The notes under the pieces are model-generated. The model was not told the DNA's origin and ran no database searches. It was given only the letters and a program-made list of their open reading frames with translations. From NCBI GenBank assembly GCA_038062915.1, contig JBBTWD010000004.1, forward strand, positions 1 through 57,212: a stretch of 57,212 nt of DNA, given 5' to 3'. Of the stretch, positions 17,263-25,763 are shown piece after piece. This stretch comes from Patescibacteria group bacterium. Lineage in GTDB: Bacteria > Patescibacteriota > Microgenomatia > UBA8517. The translations under genes and the position numbers were made by a program. Position 1 is the stretch's first letter, and every line of letters begins with the position of its first letter.

Positions 17263-17988
17263 TTAGAAATGATAAGTACCCTTATTGCTTCCTAAAAATA
17301 GTTCTAGCTCTTTTTCCCTATTGTTTATTATCATGTTATCGGTTAATCCAATAAGCTTTTTTACCTTCAGAATATTTTTGTTCTCTCCAATCCTATTAGC
17401 CACATGAGCGTCACTTCCTATAATTATTGGTAGGCCAGATTTTTTACAAAGATCCACCAACATACGGTAAGCCTCTAGAAACCTTGAATTTATTGACTCT
17501 TTTTCAAAAAGCTGGTCATTTAGTTCCAGTAGGGTATTTGTGGAACAAGCCGCATTAACTATTTTTTTAATATTTGACTTAAATTTCATCCTGAAAGGAT
17601 GGGAAATGATCTTTACGTATTTATTGCTCATTGCGTTTACTAAGGCTGTAGTATGATCTTCGGAAGATCCTTTATAGGGTGTTTTATCGTGAATCCCAGC
17701 TATTACTATCCTTTGTTTACTCAAATAATTATCACTTAGATCTATTTTCCCACTTTTATTAATTATATTTACTTCAGCACCAAGTAATATTTTGATTCCT
17801 TTAAGATTTTCTAGTTTGTCAGAAATCCAAAAATATCCTTCGTGGGGTGCACCCTCCATTGATGGACCATGATCGGCAATACCCAATATACGAATTCCTC
17901 TTCTTTTCGCTTCCGCGGCCATCTCAAAAACAGTATTTAAACCATGACCGCTCATTAAGCTGTGTGTATGTAAGTCTATTTTTAACAT
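17263..17988 (-). CDS. PHP-domain phosphoesterase (YcdX-like)
   Basis: IDLHTHSLMSGH, ILGIADHGPSMEGAPHEGYF, ISHP and GSDAH closely follow the YcdX-type PHP pattern. Confidence 0.7.
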   Translation of the reverse strand: MLKIDLHTHSLMSGHGLNTVFEMAAEAKRRGIRILGIADHGPSMEGAPHEGYFWISDKLENLKGIKILLGAEVNIINKSGKIDLSDNYLSKQRIVIAGIHDKTPYKGSSEDHTTALVNAMSNKYVKIISHPFRMKFKSNIKKIVNAACSTNTLLELNDQLFEKESINSRFLEAYRMLVDLCKKSGLPIIIGSDAHVANRIGENKNILKVKKLIGLTDNMIINNREKELELFLGSNKGTYHF

Positions 17989-18001
17989 TCCAAGTTGATT
18001 T

Positions 18002-19036
18002 CTATTTACTCTTTAAAATTATTGGAAAAGTTATGACTTCGCTTATATTTTTGCTATTTGTTAACATCATTATATAACGATCGTAGCCCAGCGTCATTGC
18101 AGACATATGAGGTATCCCTAATCTGGTCGATCTTAAGTAATCCTCATCTAACCTCTTACCTGGCCATAAGCCAGAGTCTAACTGCGCTTTTAAGGCGTGA
18201 TCGTACCAACTCTTAATAAAGTCAGGGTTAGTAGGAATAGTTGAACCATTAATAATTTCGATTCCATTGACAAAAACTTCCCCCCTCTGTTTATATTGAG
18301 GTTTGTCTTCAACTGCTTTTCCAGGAGCATTTAGACCGTATGGATATTCTTTCAAGAACAAAATCTTTCCTTTGTACTCTGGCATAATAAATTTATCGAG
18401 GATTGATTCCATCATAATGTTATATTTAATTACTCCGTAATAATTTTTTGCTTCTGAAGGAACCGGAACTTTTAATCTTTCCATTGTTTTCTCTAAATCA
18501 GAATTTTCAAGATTTTTGTCTAAGTCTATATCGCAAAATTTTGCTAAGGCATCTTTAACTGTTATTTCTGACCAATCGGTTTCAAGATTTATCCGGCTTC
18601 CAAAAAAAGATATAACTGGAGTATCATTTACCTTTTTTGCTACACTAGACATATAATCTTTAAATACGCCGACCATCTGTTCGTAATCTATACCTCTTGC
18701 CGCAATTGAAAGTTGAGTGAACTCCGGATTACTTTTGTAATTTGAATCTCCTTCTCTGAAATCTTTGGCCAATTGAAATATTTTCCCAAAACCTGCATAC
18801 ATGAGTCTTTTAAGAAACTCAGTGTCGGTTATTCTTAAATAACATTCGGGATTTTCAATGACAAATGGTTTTACTGGAGCCACTTCAGGATCTGGAGTTA
18901 GTATCGGGGTTTCGGTTTCAATATAACCCTTATTATGAAAATATAGCCTTGTTTCGAGATTAACCTCACTTCTAACTTCTATATTTCTTCTTAATTTTGG
19001 GTCATTGAAAATTTCGGTTTCTCTTAATCTTTCCAT
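18002..19036 (-). CDS. Class IIb aminoacyl-tRNA-synthetase catalytic-core paralogue (EpmA/GenX-like, no anticodon-binding domain)
   Basis: Motif 1 GYIETETPILT, motif 2 region FQLAKDFREGDSNYKSNPEFTQLSI and motif 3 TLGYDRYIMMLT. At 344 aa it has no OB-fold N-domain. Confidence 0.7.
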   Translation of the reverse strand: MERLRETEIFNDPKLRRNIEVRSEVNLETRLYFHNKGYIETETPILTPDPEVAPVKPFVIENPECYLRITDTEFLKRLMYAGFGKIFQLAKDFREGDSNYKSNPEFTQLSIAARGIDYEQMVGVFKDYMSSVAKKVNDTPVISFFGSRINLETDWSEITVKDALAKFCDIDLDKNLENSDLEKTMERLKVPVPSEAKNYYGVIKYNIMMESILDKFIMPEYKGKILFLKEYPYGLNAPGKAVEDKPQYKQRGEVFVNGIEIINGSTIPTNPDFIKSWYDHALKAQLDSGLWPGKRLDEDYLRSTRLGIPHMSAMTLGYDRYIMMLTNSKNISEVITFPIILKSK

Positions 19037-19112
19037 TTTATTGTTGCCTCCCCATATTTATTCGGGCTTCGTCGACTTGTTATGAACCTGTATTTTGAGC
19101 CTAGCGGTGCCT

Positions 19113-19141
19113 ATAGTATCTCAAAATGTAGTATTTGTCAA
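19113..19141 (-). promoter_or_regulatory. Sigma70-like promoter for the aaRS-like/his cluster
   Basis: The minus strand reads TTGACA (19141-19136), a 17-nt spacer, then TACTAT (19118-19113). It lies ~75 nt upstream of a GGGGAGG Shine-Dalgarno and the ATG at 19036. Confidence 0.45.
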
Positions 19142-19202
19142 TTAGTGTGTACTAGTTTGTGCTATTTGTTTTGTTATTAGGGGAATTAAAAACTGCACTC
19201 TT

Positions 19203-20195
19203 TTATATCTTTTTGTTGTCTTTTCTCCAATATTGCAATTCCGGATTTTTAACATATAAATCTTCAATTACATAAAGACCTGCATAGCCACCATAATTCC
19301 CCCACCTTTCCCTTACCTCTTTTTCTACTTTTTCAACAACTTCGCCTTCGTTCCCAAAAAAGAATTTTGAAAATATTTTTCTTTTCCAAGAATCAAAATT
19401 AATTTCATGAGGTCTTCTAAGATATTGAAATAAAGCAATCCTTGCGGAGTAAGGGCCAACGCCTTTTATTTCCATTAAAGTCTCCTTGGCATCTTCAAAG
19501 TTCATTGTTTTAAGCTTTTCCCCAAGGTCAGGATTTTGTAAAAAACGTCTAGCAATTTCCATTAAAAACTTTGCTCTGTATCCAACCTTAAGCTCTCTCA
19601 ATCTTTCTTCAGATGAATTAAGTATATCTTCAGGGGTGTAAAAGGTATAAAGTTCTTTCCCATCATAAATTACTCTCTCGCCAAAACTAGACAACATATT
19701 TTTCATCATCTGTTCACTTCTTTTTACCGTTGTATTCTGCAATATAGAAGATATATTTAATATTTCAAAAAGGGTCTCAAAGCAACTATTTCTCATTCCC
19801 CTTAAATTATCTATTATAACGTTGAGTTCCTCATCACTTTTTACATATTCATAAAATTCGTTAATATCTTCTTTTAAACCATAAGCTCCATTTACGTGAT
19901 TTTCTAAATAGCCCAAATCTTTCCTGTCTAATTCATTGGCAGAGTAAACCTCTAAAAAAATTCCACTTTCTCCTTGTTTTTTTTCTAAATCACTCATCTT
20001 AAGGCCTAGAATTTTGTCTTCGTTTAATCTATAGGTTCTATAAAACGCTTCTGAAGCTTCATCAGATTCCTCTAACCTAGTTGGAAAATGAGATGGTTTA
20101 TAGACTGTGTATTTAAAATTAAACGGAGGAATTGCGGGGAGGCTTAATTCATTTGTTTTATTTAATTCAATTGTAGATGCTATGCGTTCGATCAT
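19203..20195 (-). CDS. HhH-GPD superfamily DNA glycosylase (AlkA/Ogg-like)
   Basis: Helix-hairpin-helix LMEIKGVGPYSARIALF followed by an FDSW region. The N-terminal domain is divergent. Confidence 0.6.
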   Translation of the reverse strand: MIERIASTIELNKTNELSLPAIPPFNFKYTVYKPSHFPTRLEESDEASEAFYRTYRLNEDKILGLKMSDLEKKQGESGIFLEVYSANELDRKDLGYLENHVNGAYGLKEDINEFYEYVKSDEELNVIIDNLRGMRNSCFETLFEILNISSILQNTTVKRSEQMMKNMLSSFGERVIYDGKELYTFYTPEDILNSSEERLRELKVGYRAKFLMEIARRFLQNPDLGEKLKTMNFEDAKETLMEIKGVGPYSARIALFQYLRRPHEINFDSWKRKIFSKFFFGNEGEVVEKVEKEVRERWGNYGGYAGLYVIEDLYVKNPELQYWRKDNKKI

Positions 20196-21022
20196 AAACT
20201 TTCCCCCATTTCTTTAAATGCAATTTTTACAGGTGTATACTTAACATTCCTTAAGCTAACCATGGTCGTATTGTAAGGACGCTTTGCTATAGATTGTTTT
20301 TGGTCATATTTTTTAGGTACTACTATTGTCGATAAGCTCAAGTATTTAACACACGTATTTAGAAAATCATATCTACTAAACCCTTCTTGACATGATAGGT
20401 GAACAATACCGGACAATTGTACTAATTCAGGTATATTTTTAACAATATCGTCAATATAAGTTGGAGAGGATACTAGATTTGTACAAGCTTCTATTTTCTC
20501 TTTTCGTATCTTGTTAAGAAATTTATCATTGTGGGTATTAATACCAAAAAGTCCAGAAACTCTTATTACTAAATTTTCTTCTCTCTTTAAAACCATTTTT
20601 TCAGCCTGCAATTTTGTAATTCCGTAATAATTTACAGGGTTGGGTTTGGACTCTTCGTCATACGATGGGTTATTTCCATCGAATACATAATCTGTGGAAA
20701 AATATATAATCTTACCGTCGTAATAACGCATCAGATTTTCTACTCCTTCCACGTTTACATCCCATGAGTATTGCTTCTCTTTTTCGCAGAAATCTGTATC
20801 CGTAATTCCGCCACAGTGTATTATTAAGGAGGGTTTTATTGCTTTCAAAGTACGTAGAACTTCGTTTTTGTTTCTTAAATCCATACGAGAACACCTATCT
20901 TCGTCCTTGCTCATAAAAGGAGTTTTATTATTAAAAAAAGTATAGCTTGCCTCTTTCATGCAATCAGAGTTTGCTAACTTTGAACCCAGAAAACCTGACC
21001 CTCCTATTATTAATTCTTTCAT
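20192..21022 (-). CDS. RmlD-like NAD(P)-dependent reductase (dTDP-4-dehydrorhamnose reductase family)
   Basis: Rossmann IIGGSGFLGSKL, STDYVFDG and YGITKLQAE (YxxxK). Confidence 0.7.
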   Translation of the reverse strand: MKELIIGGSGFLGSKLANSDCMKEASYTFFNNKTPFMSKDEDRCSRMDLRNKNEVLRTLKAIKPSLIIHCGGITDTDFCEKEKQYSWDVNVEGVENLMRYYDGKIIYFSTDYVFDGNNPSYDEESKPNPVNYYGITKLQAEKMVLKREENLVIRVSGLFGINTHNDKFLNKIRKEKIEACTNLVSSPTYIDDIVKNIPELVQLSGIVHLSCQEGFSRYDFLNTCVKYLSLSTIVVPKKYDQKQSIAKRPYNTTMVSLRNVKYTPVKIAFKEMGESL

Positions 21023-21837
21023 AGAGTTTTTTTTGCTACAATTACCCTTTCCTCATTTTTGACATTTTTATAAACTTTAATCACTCTGTATCCTGCGTTA
21101 ATGAGTAAACTCTTTAATATCTTCGATTGGCCAACCTCATTTTCTAAAACCAGAAACCCATTCTTTTTTAAATAGTTCTTTGATTGATTGATTATAATCC
21201 TGTGGAAAAATAAACCATCCGGTCCACCATCAATCGCAATCCGTGGTGTAAAAAGTTTAATTTGCGAAGGTAATTTCCCAATATCCTTAGATCTACAATA
21301 AGGAGGATTCGATACAATCAAATCTACCTTGTTTATTCCCCTATCCGAAATCGATTGAAATAAATCACTTCGCAAAAAATTAATATTGTTTATATTATTT
21401 AACCGTGCGTTTATTTTTGCGATATTGAGAGCTTCTTCTGATATGTCAGTGGCTAAAATCTTAGCTTGCTTGAATTTCTTTCCAAGAACTATAGCTACAA
21501 CTCCCGAGCCAGTACAGAGGTCGATTATTTTTTTTGGGTTTTTTATGTTATCGAAACATGCATTTATTAGTACTTCTATTTCAGGGCCAGGCAGAAGAAC
21601 GTCTTTCGTAATTTTAATAATCAATTTATTTATTCTGGTAAAACCCAATTGTCTTTGAACAGGGATTTTCTTTTTTATTTGCCTTAGATGTTTATCAAGA
21701 TGCGTTTGGAAATTTGCTCTGTTTTGCGGATCGAATTCCAAAAGATGGGAATATAATAACCGACTCTCAAGAACCGGATTTTCAGAGCCCTCATCTTTTA
21801 AAATCGTGACCAATTTGTTTACCAGCTGTGGGTGCAT
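21019..21837 (-). CDS. prmC: Release-factor glutamine N5-methyltransferase
   Basis: IDLCTGSGVVAI (motif I) and the VSNPPY catalytic motif, with a HemK/PrmC-like N-domain. Confidence 0.8.
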   Translation of the reverse strand: MHPQLVNKLVTILKDEGSENPVLESRLLYSHLLEFDPQNRANFQTHLDKHLRQIKKKIPVQRQLGFTRINKLIIKITKDVLLPGPEIEVLINACFDNIKNPKKIIDLCTGSGVVAIVLGKKFKQAKILATDISEEALNIAKINARLNNINNINFLRSDLFQSISDRGINKVDLIVSNPPYCRSKDIGKLPSQIKLFTPRIAIDGGPDGLFFHRIIINQSKNYLKKNGFLVLENEVGQSKILKSLLINAGYRVIKVYKNVKNEERVIVAKKTL

Positions 21838-21840
21838 TGT

Positions 21841-22860
21841 TTATTTGTTATTAGGTTTCCAGGCGTTGGGTATGTATTCTGATCGCATAAAAATATTGAA
21901 AGTTGATCTTATACGATTTTTTGCCTCTTCAATGTCGCCGTTTCTAAGAGGTGTTATAACATCGACCAAATTGTCGTTTCTTATTAAACATTTCTTAAGA
22001 AATCCATCGTGAGTTAGCCTTAAAGAGATTAGTGCATCTTGGCAAGGGTAGTGTTGGCATTCTGCACAGGTAAATGAATCATAATTCGTACCAACGGTAG
22101 CGTCTCTCAACAGAACTTTTACTCCTGAATCTAGTATTAGTGTTGGCATTGGACTACCCAGACCTCCCGGAGGATAACTGGTTGTTATATTTACTATTCT
22201 ATCTTTAAGTTCTTTTCGGACATAATCTAAATTAAGATATTCTTTATTCCAATCCTTACCTCCCCACGATTTTATGTCAGAATTGATATCCATAAGATCG
22301 ATAATTTTTAGGTCGGCACCCATCTTCTCAGCAATTCTTATTAATCCGAATAACTGATCTCTATTTGAATAACTCATCACAGTGTTAATCCTAGTTTTTA
22401 ACCCGGCGTTTACCGCCTCTTCAATTCCTCTTACAACTTGGATAAAATTGTCTGACCTAGAAATTTTTAAAAAATTATTCCTATTTGCTGAATCTAAACT
22501 TACTGTCAAAGCATCTAGACCGGCTTCTTTCAAAATTTTTGCTTTACCGACCAGAAGGGACCCGTTTGTTACCATCTCAAGATCCTCAAATTTATTTAAA
22601 TTTTTTATATCTCTAACAATCTCTACAATATCCTTTCTTATAAGAGGTTCTCCACCTGTGATCTTGACGTCTTTAAAACCAGTATCTCCACACAAAGAGA
22701 TAATATCTATCAATTCCTTCCTTGGTAATGTACGGTCGGTATTTTCGAAATATCCCTCACCACCGGGTCGACAATAAGTACATTTAAAATTACAAAACGG
22801 AGTTACCACCACCCGAAGGTGTGGCCTTCTTGCTAAATTTTCGCGCCTTTCCGGATTCAT
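21841..22860 (-). CDS. MoaA-family radical SAM protein
   Basis: LRVVVTPFCNFKCTYCRP (CxxxCxxC), ITGGEPL and VTNG. The C-terminal CAECQHYPC...RLTHDGFLKKCL resembles the MoaA auxiliary-cluster region, with an insertion. Confidence 0.7.
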   Translation of the reverse strand: MNPERRENLARRPHLRVVVTPFCNFKCTYCRPGGEGYFENTDRTLPRKELIDIISLCGDTGFKDVKITGGEPLIRKDIVEIVRDIKNLNKFEDLEMVTNGSLLVGKAKILKEAGLDALTVSLDSANRNNFLKISRSDNFIQVVRGIEEAVNAGLKTRINTVMSYSNRDQLFGLIRIAEKMGADLKIIDLMDINSDIKSWGGKDWNKEYLNLDYVRKELKDRIVNITTSYPPGGLGSPMPTLILDSGVKVLLRDATVGTNYDSFTCAECQHYPCQDALISLRLTHDGFLKKCLIRNDNLVDVITPLRNGDIEEAKNRIRSTFNIFMRSEYIPNAWKPNNK

Positions 22861-22942
22861 TTTTTGTATTTGGCGTTGATTATCAAAACGTTATAGTATT
22901 ATATCACAGGGCACCAAATTTGAGCTGATAGCATACATAGAT

Positions 22943-22971
22943 TTGCATTATATATAATGGGATACTATAAT
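22943..22971 (+). promoter_or_regulatory. Sigma70-like promoter for the B12-binding radical SAM gene
   Basis: TTGCAT (22943-22948), a 17-nt spacer, then TATAAT (22966-22971), 25 nt upstream of the ATG at 22997. Confidence 0.45.
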
Positions 22972-22996
22972 CCCATAATTAGGAAGAATTAGTAAT

Positions 22997-24322
22997 ATGC
23001 CAAGTAAAGAAATCCTACTTTTTAACCCAAGGACCTTTCACGAAAAAAACTATCGAAATTTTTGGATTCCCTATTCAATTCTGTCATTGGGAAGTGAATT
23101 AAGGAAAAATGACTTTAATGTTACTTTAGTAGACAATAATTTAGAATCACTAGACACAAATCAATTTACGCCTACACTGAATAAACTTGATAACCCTAGC
23201 TTAATTGGAATTAGCTCAATGATCGGACATCAGATACAAGAAGGGTTGATATTTGCTCATTACGCAAAAGAGCTTTTTCCAAACGCTAAAATAGTATGGG
23301 GAGGAGCAGCTCCGACGATATTGCCCCAAGAGTTTGCAAAGTCTCCACTCGTCGACATCATTGTTAAAGGACAGGGTGAAAAAACTGTGGTGAATATTGC
23401 CGAGAATTTGGAAAATAACATAAACTTGTCGGGAATTCATGGGATTATTTACAAAGATGACGGAATTCCTGTGAAAACATCAGAAAAAGATATTGTTCCA
23501 AAAGATACGATGTCTCCTTATTCATATGACCTGATTCCTACGGCTAAATATATACGAGAAGATGAGCATATCAGTGACAAGGTTTTGAATCATATTTCGA
23601 GTATCGGCTGTCCTTTTGGTTGTGGTTTTTGTTCAGAAGTGACCCTGTATCACAGAAAGTGGTCGCCGCAATCGATTAACCAAACTATTGATGAGGTATC
23701 GTTGCTTGTTGAGAAATACGGAGCAAACGGAATTAAATTTTATGATGCCAACTTTTTTGTTAATAAGGCTCGTGTATTGTCTTTCGCCCAGAACGTGATA
23801 GATCAAGGCTGGGAAATAAAATGGGCCGCTTCGGCACATCCAAAAAGTTTGTTGCTTTACAAACAAGAAGAGTTAAATTTGTTAAAGAAAAGCGGGCTGT
23901 CCAGAATTTTGATAGGTGCTGAATCTGGCAATGAAGACGAACTTAAATTTATTCATAAAGGAGTAACTACTGAAGAGGTATTGAAAGTTGCAGAATTATT
24001 AAAGAACCTAGAAATACACGGCAGTTTTACAATCATTGTTGGTTACCCCGGTTTTCCTGAAATTAATATCAAAAAAACTTTAAGTTTTGGTGAAAAAATA
24101 GCGAAAACAGGTTCGATTCATGAAGTCAAAGCACATATTTACACACCATTTCCAGGTACTCCACTATATAGTCGAGCGATCCAATATGGTTTTGTTCCGC
24201 CGAAGACCCTCGAAGATTGGGGCAATTATGACTACTACGCAGTTCAAACTCCATGGCTACGGAATGAACTCAACGATTTAATTACAAAATACAATCAAGA
24301 ATTTTGCCCGTATGTGTTGTAG
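22997..24322 (+). CDS. B12-binding-domain radical SAM protein (class B)
   Basis: N-terminal Rossmann-like B12-binding region, then SSIGCPFGCGFCSE (CxxxCxxC). Confidence 0.8.
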   Translation: MPSKEILLFNPRTFHEKNYRNFWIPYSILSLGSELRKNDFNVTLVDNNLESLDTNQFTPTLNKLDNPSLIGISSMIGHQIQEGLIFAHYAKELFPNAKIVWGGAAPTILPQEFAKSPLVDIIVKGQGEKTVVNIAENLENNINLSGIHGIIYKDDGIPVKTSEKDIVPKDTMSPYSYDLIPTAKYIREDEHISDKVLNHISSIGCPFGCGFCSEVTLYHRKWSPQSINQTIDEVSLLVEKYGANGIKFYDANFFVNKARVLSFAQNVIDQGWEIKWAASAHPKSLLLYKQEELNLLKKSGLSRILIGAESGNEDELKFIHKGVTTEEVLKVAELLKNLEIHGSFTIIVGYPGFPEINIKKTLSFGEKIAKTGSIHEVKAHIYTPFPGTPLYSRAIQYGFVPPKTLEDWGNYDYYAVQTPWLRNELNDLITKYNQEFCPYVL

Positions 24323-24386
24323 AGAGTGTCTAGATTGACATTCCTTGACGCAAAGGGTTACAATACGCACGATTAGGGTATAAACT

Positions 24387-24794
24387 ATGGATAACGAAAG
24401 AAATATGGATAAAAAAGAGGTACCATCAAACATGTGGCAAGGAGTCGTTTTGGAAGAAAGCTTGGAAGATAAGTCAATGTTAAATATGGCCAGAATTGTG
24501 GGTACAAATATTAGCAAATTAGAGAAAGAGAATAGGGTAATGACTTTTCATAAAGTGGAGGTTCCAGACTCTGCGAAGGGTGAGTATATAGAAAAGGCAA
24601 AAACCAATATCAAGCAAGGCTTCTACACACATTTATGTAAAGATGGTCAAATGACTGTTGTATTCAAAAATAAAGTTTTTAACTTTGGAGATAACGATCC
24701 CCGATTAATTAAGGCACGGAAGTACGGCAAATCAATTGGCATAATTCCTGAGCAAATGCCCTTTGAGCATTTAATAAATAATCCCTTCGATTAG
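24387..24794 (+). CDS. Hypothetical protein
   Basis: Intact ORF downstream of and co-directional with the B12 radical SAM gene. No motif recognised. Confidence 0.4.
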   Translation: MDNERNMDKKEVPSNMWQGVVLEESLEDKSMLNMARIVGTNISKLEKENRVMTFHKVEVPDSAKGEYIEKAKTNIKQGFYTHLCKDGQMTVVFKNKVFNFGDNDPRLIKARKYGKSIGIIPEQMPFEHLINNPFD

Positions 24795-24874
24795 TTGTTT
24801 AAAGTATACCCTCAAACAAAGGTCTTAAAAAAGAGTGTTTTATTACTAAAAATATATAGACATAAAAATTGATC

Positions 24875-25687
24875 CTAAATGGAAGGAGTTGCTGAGGGTG
24901 AAGGAGAAATAGACGGCTCGGGGGTCGCAGTGGCTGTAAGTACAGGTGTAGGGCTTGGTGATGGTGTAGGAGTTGGTGTTGGTGGACTAGTTGGGATTGG
25001 AACTGGGGTTGTTGAAAGAACTTCCAAATCCTGTATATCTTCTACTTCCAGCACCTTGTCTTTAGAATTGTAAGTACCCACCGCAAGAATTCTCTTACCG
25101 ACTAAGGTAATTAGATTAAATCCGACAGGAACTTCAAGGGTAACGGCTTCGGTTGAGGTTGTAACAAGGTAAAACTTGATAGGAACGGTGTTTGTTTTAG
25201 TTAAAGTGCCTTTTAGGGCTGTATCCTTCCAGATTATTTCAGGAGTTGGGGTCGGAGTTTGCCCAATTGTTATGTTATTTAACTTTAACCAAGGGAAAGC
25301 AAAGGGGAAAACCACGCCTCCTAAACCAAAAGCCAGGGAAAAGGCTACAATTGCAAAGCACATTGCTGTAATTGGCTTAACCCGGAGTCTCAAATCAACA
25401 CCTTCATTAGCCATTATCCTTTTCCACCAGTATTTGATATAGACAAGGGGGTTAGTGATCTTTACGTTTAATAAGTCCGGTGGGTTTGTTGTATTTACCC
25501 TTCCTGTTTCACTTGTTACCGTAATTGGAGGGACCTTTAAAGGATCTGTTTTACTTACAAACTTACCGGAACTATCTCTTGTCTGATTTTTGGCAATTGT
25601 GCTTCTGAGGGGATTTTTAATATCACCCGCTTCTTGTGAAGTCTGACTAACACTTTCCGCAGTTTGGTTTTGAGTGTTTGGATCCAT
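24875..25687 (-). CDS. Membrane-anchored protein with Pro/Thr/Ser-rich C-terminal tail
   Basis: Polar N-terminus, one or two hydrophobic helices (ITAMCFAIVAFSLAFGLGGVVFPFAF), a beta-rich domain, then PVPIPTSPPTPTPTPSPSPTP low complexity. Confidence 0.5.
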   Translation of the reverse strand: MDPNTQNQTAESVSQTSQEAGDIKNPLRSTIAKNQTRDSSGKFVSKTDPLKVPPITVTSETGRVNTTNPPDLLNVKITNPLVYIKYWWKRIMANEGVDLRLRVKPITAMCFAIVAFSLAFGLGGVVFPFAFPWLKLNNITIGQTPTPTPEIIWKDTALKGTLTKTNTVPIKFYLVTTSTEAVTLEVPVGFNLITLVGKRILAVGTYNSKDKVLEVEDIQDLEVLSTTPVPIPTSPPTPTPTPSPSPTPVLTATATPEPSISPSPSATPSI

Positions 25688-25763
25688 GGCAGTTATTCTT
25701 AGCTGATTTTCAGTTTAGACCTAAGCTTTTCCAACTGCAATATCTCAGGTGTGTTTTTGTTTT

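Noticed and set aside
18002-19036. The aaRS-like gene as HisZ, the usual partner of short-form HisG.
   Set aside because: Its motif 2 region (FREGDSNYKSNPEFTQL) and overall pattern are class IIb (Lys/Asp/Asn/EpmA-like), not the HisRS-like class IIa expected for HisZ. It is reported as an open question instead.
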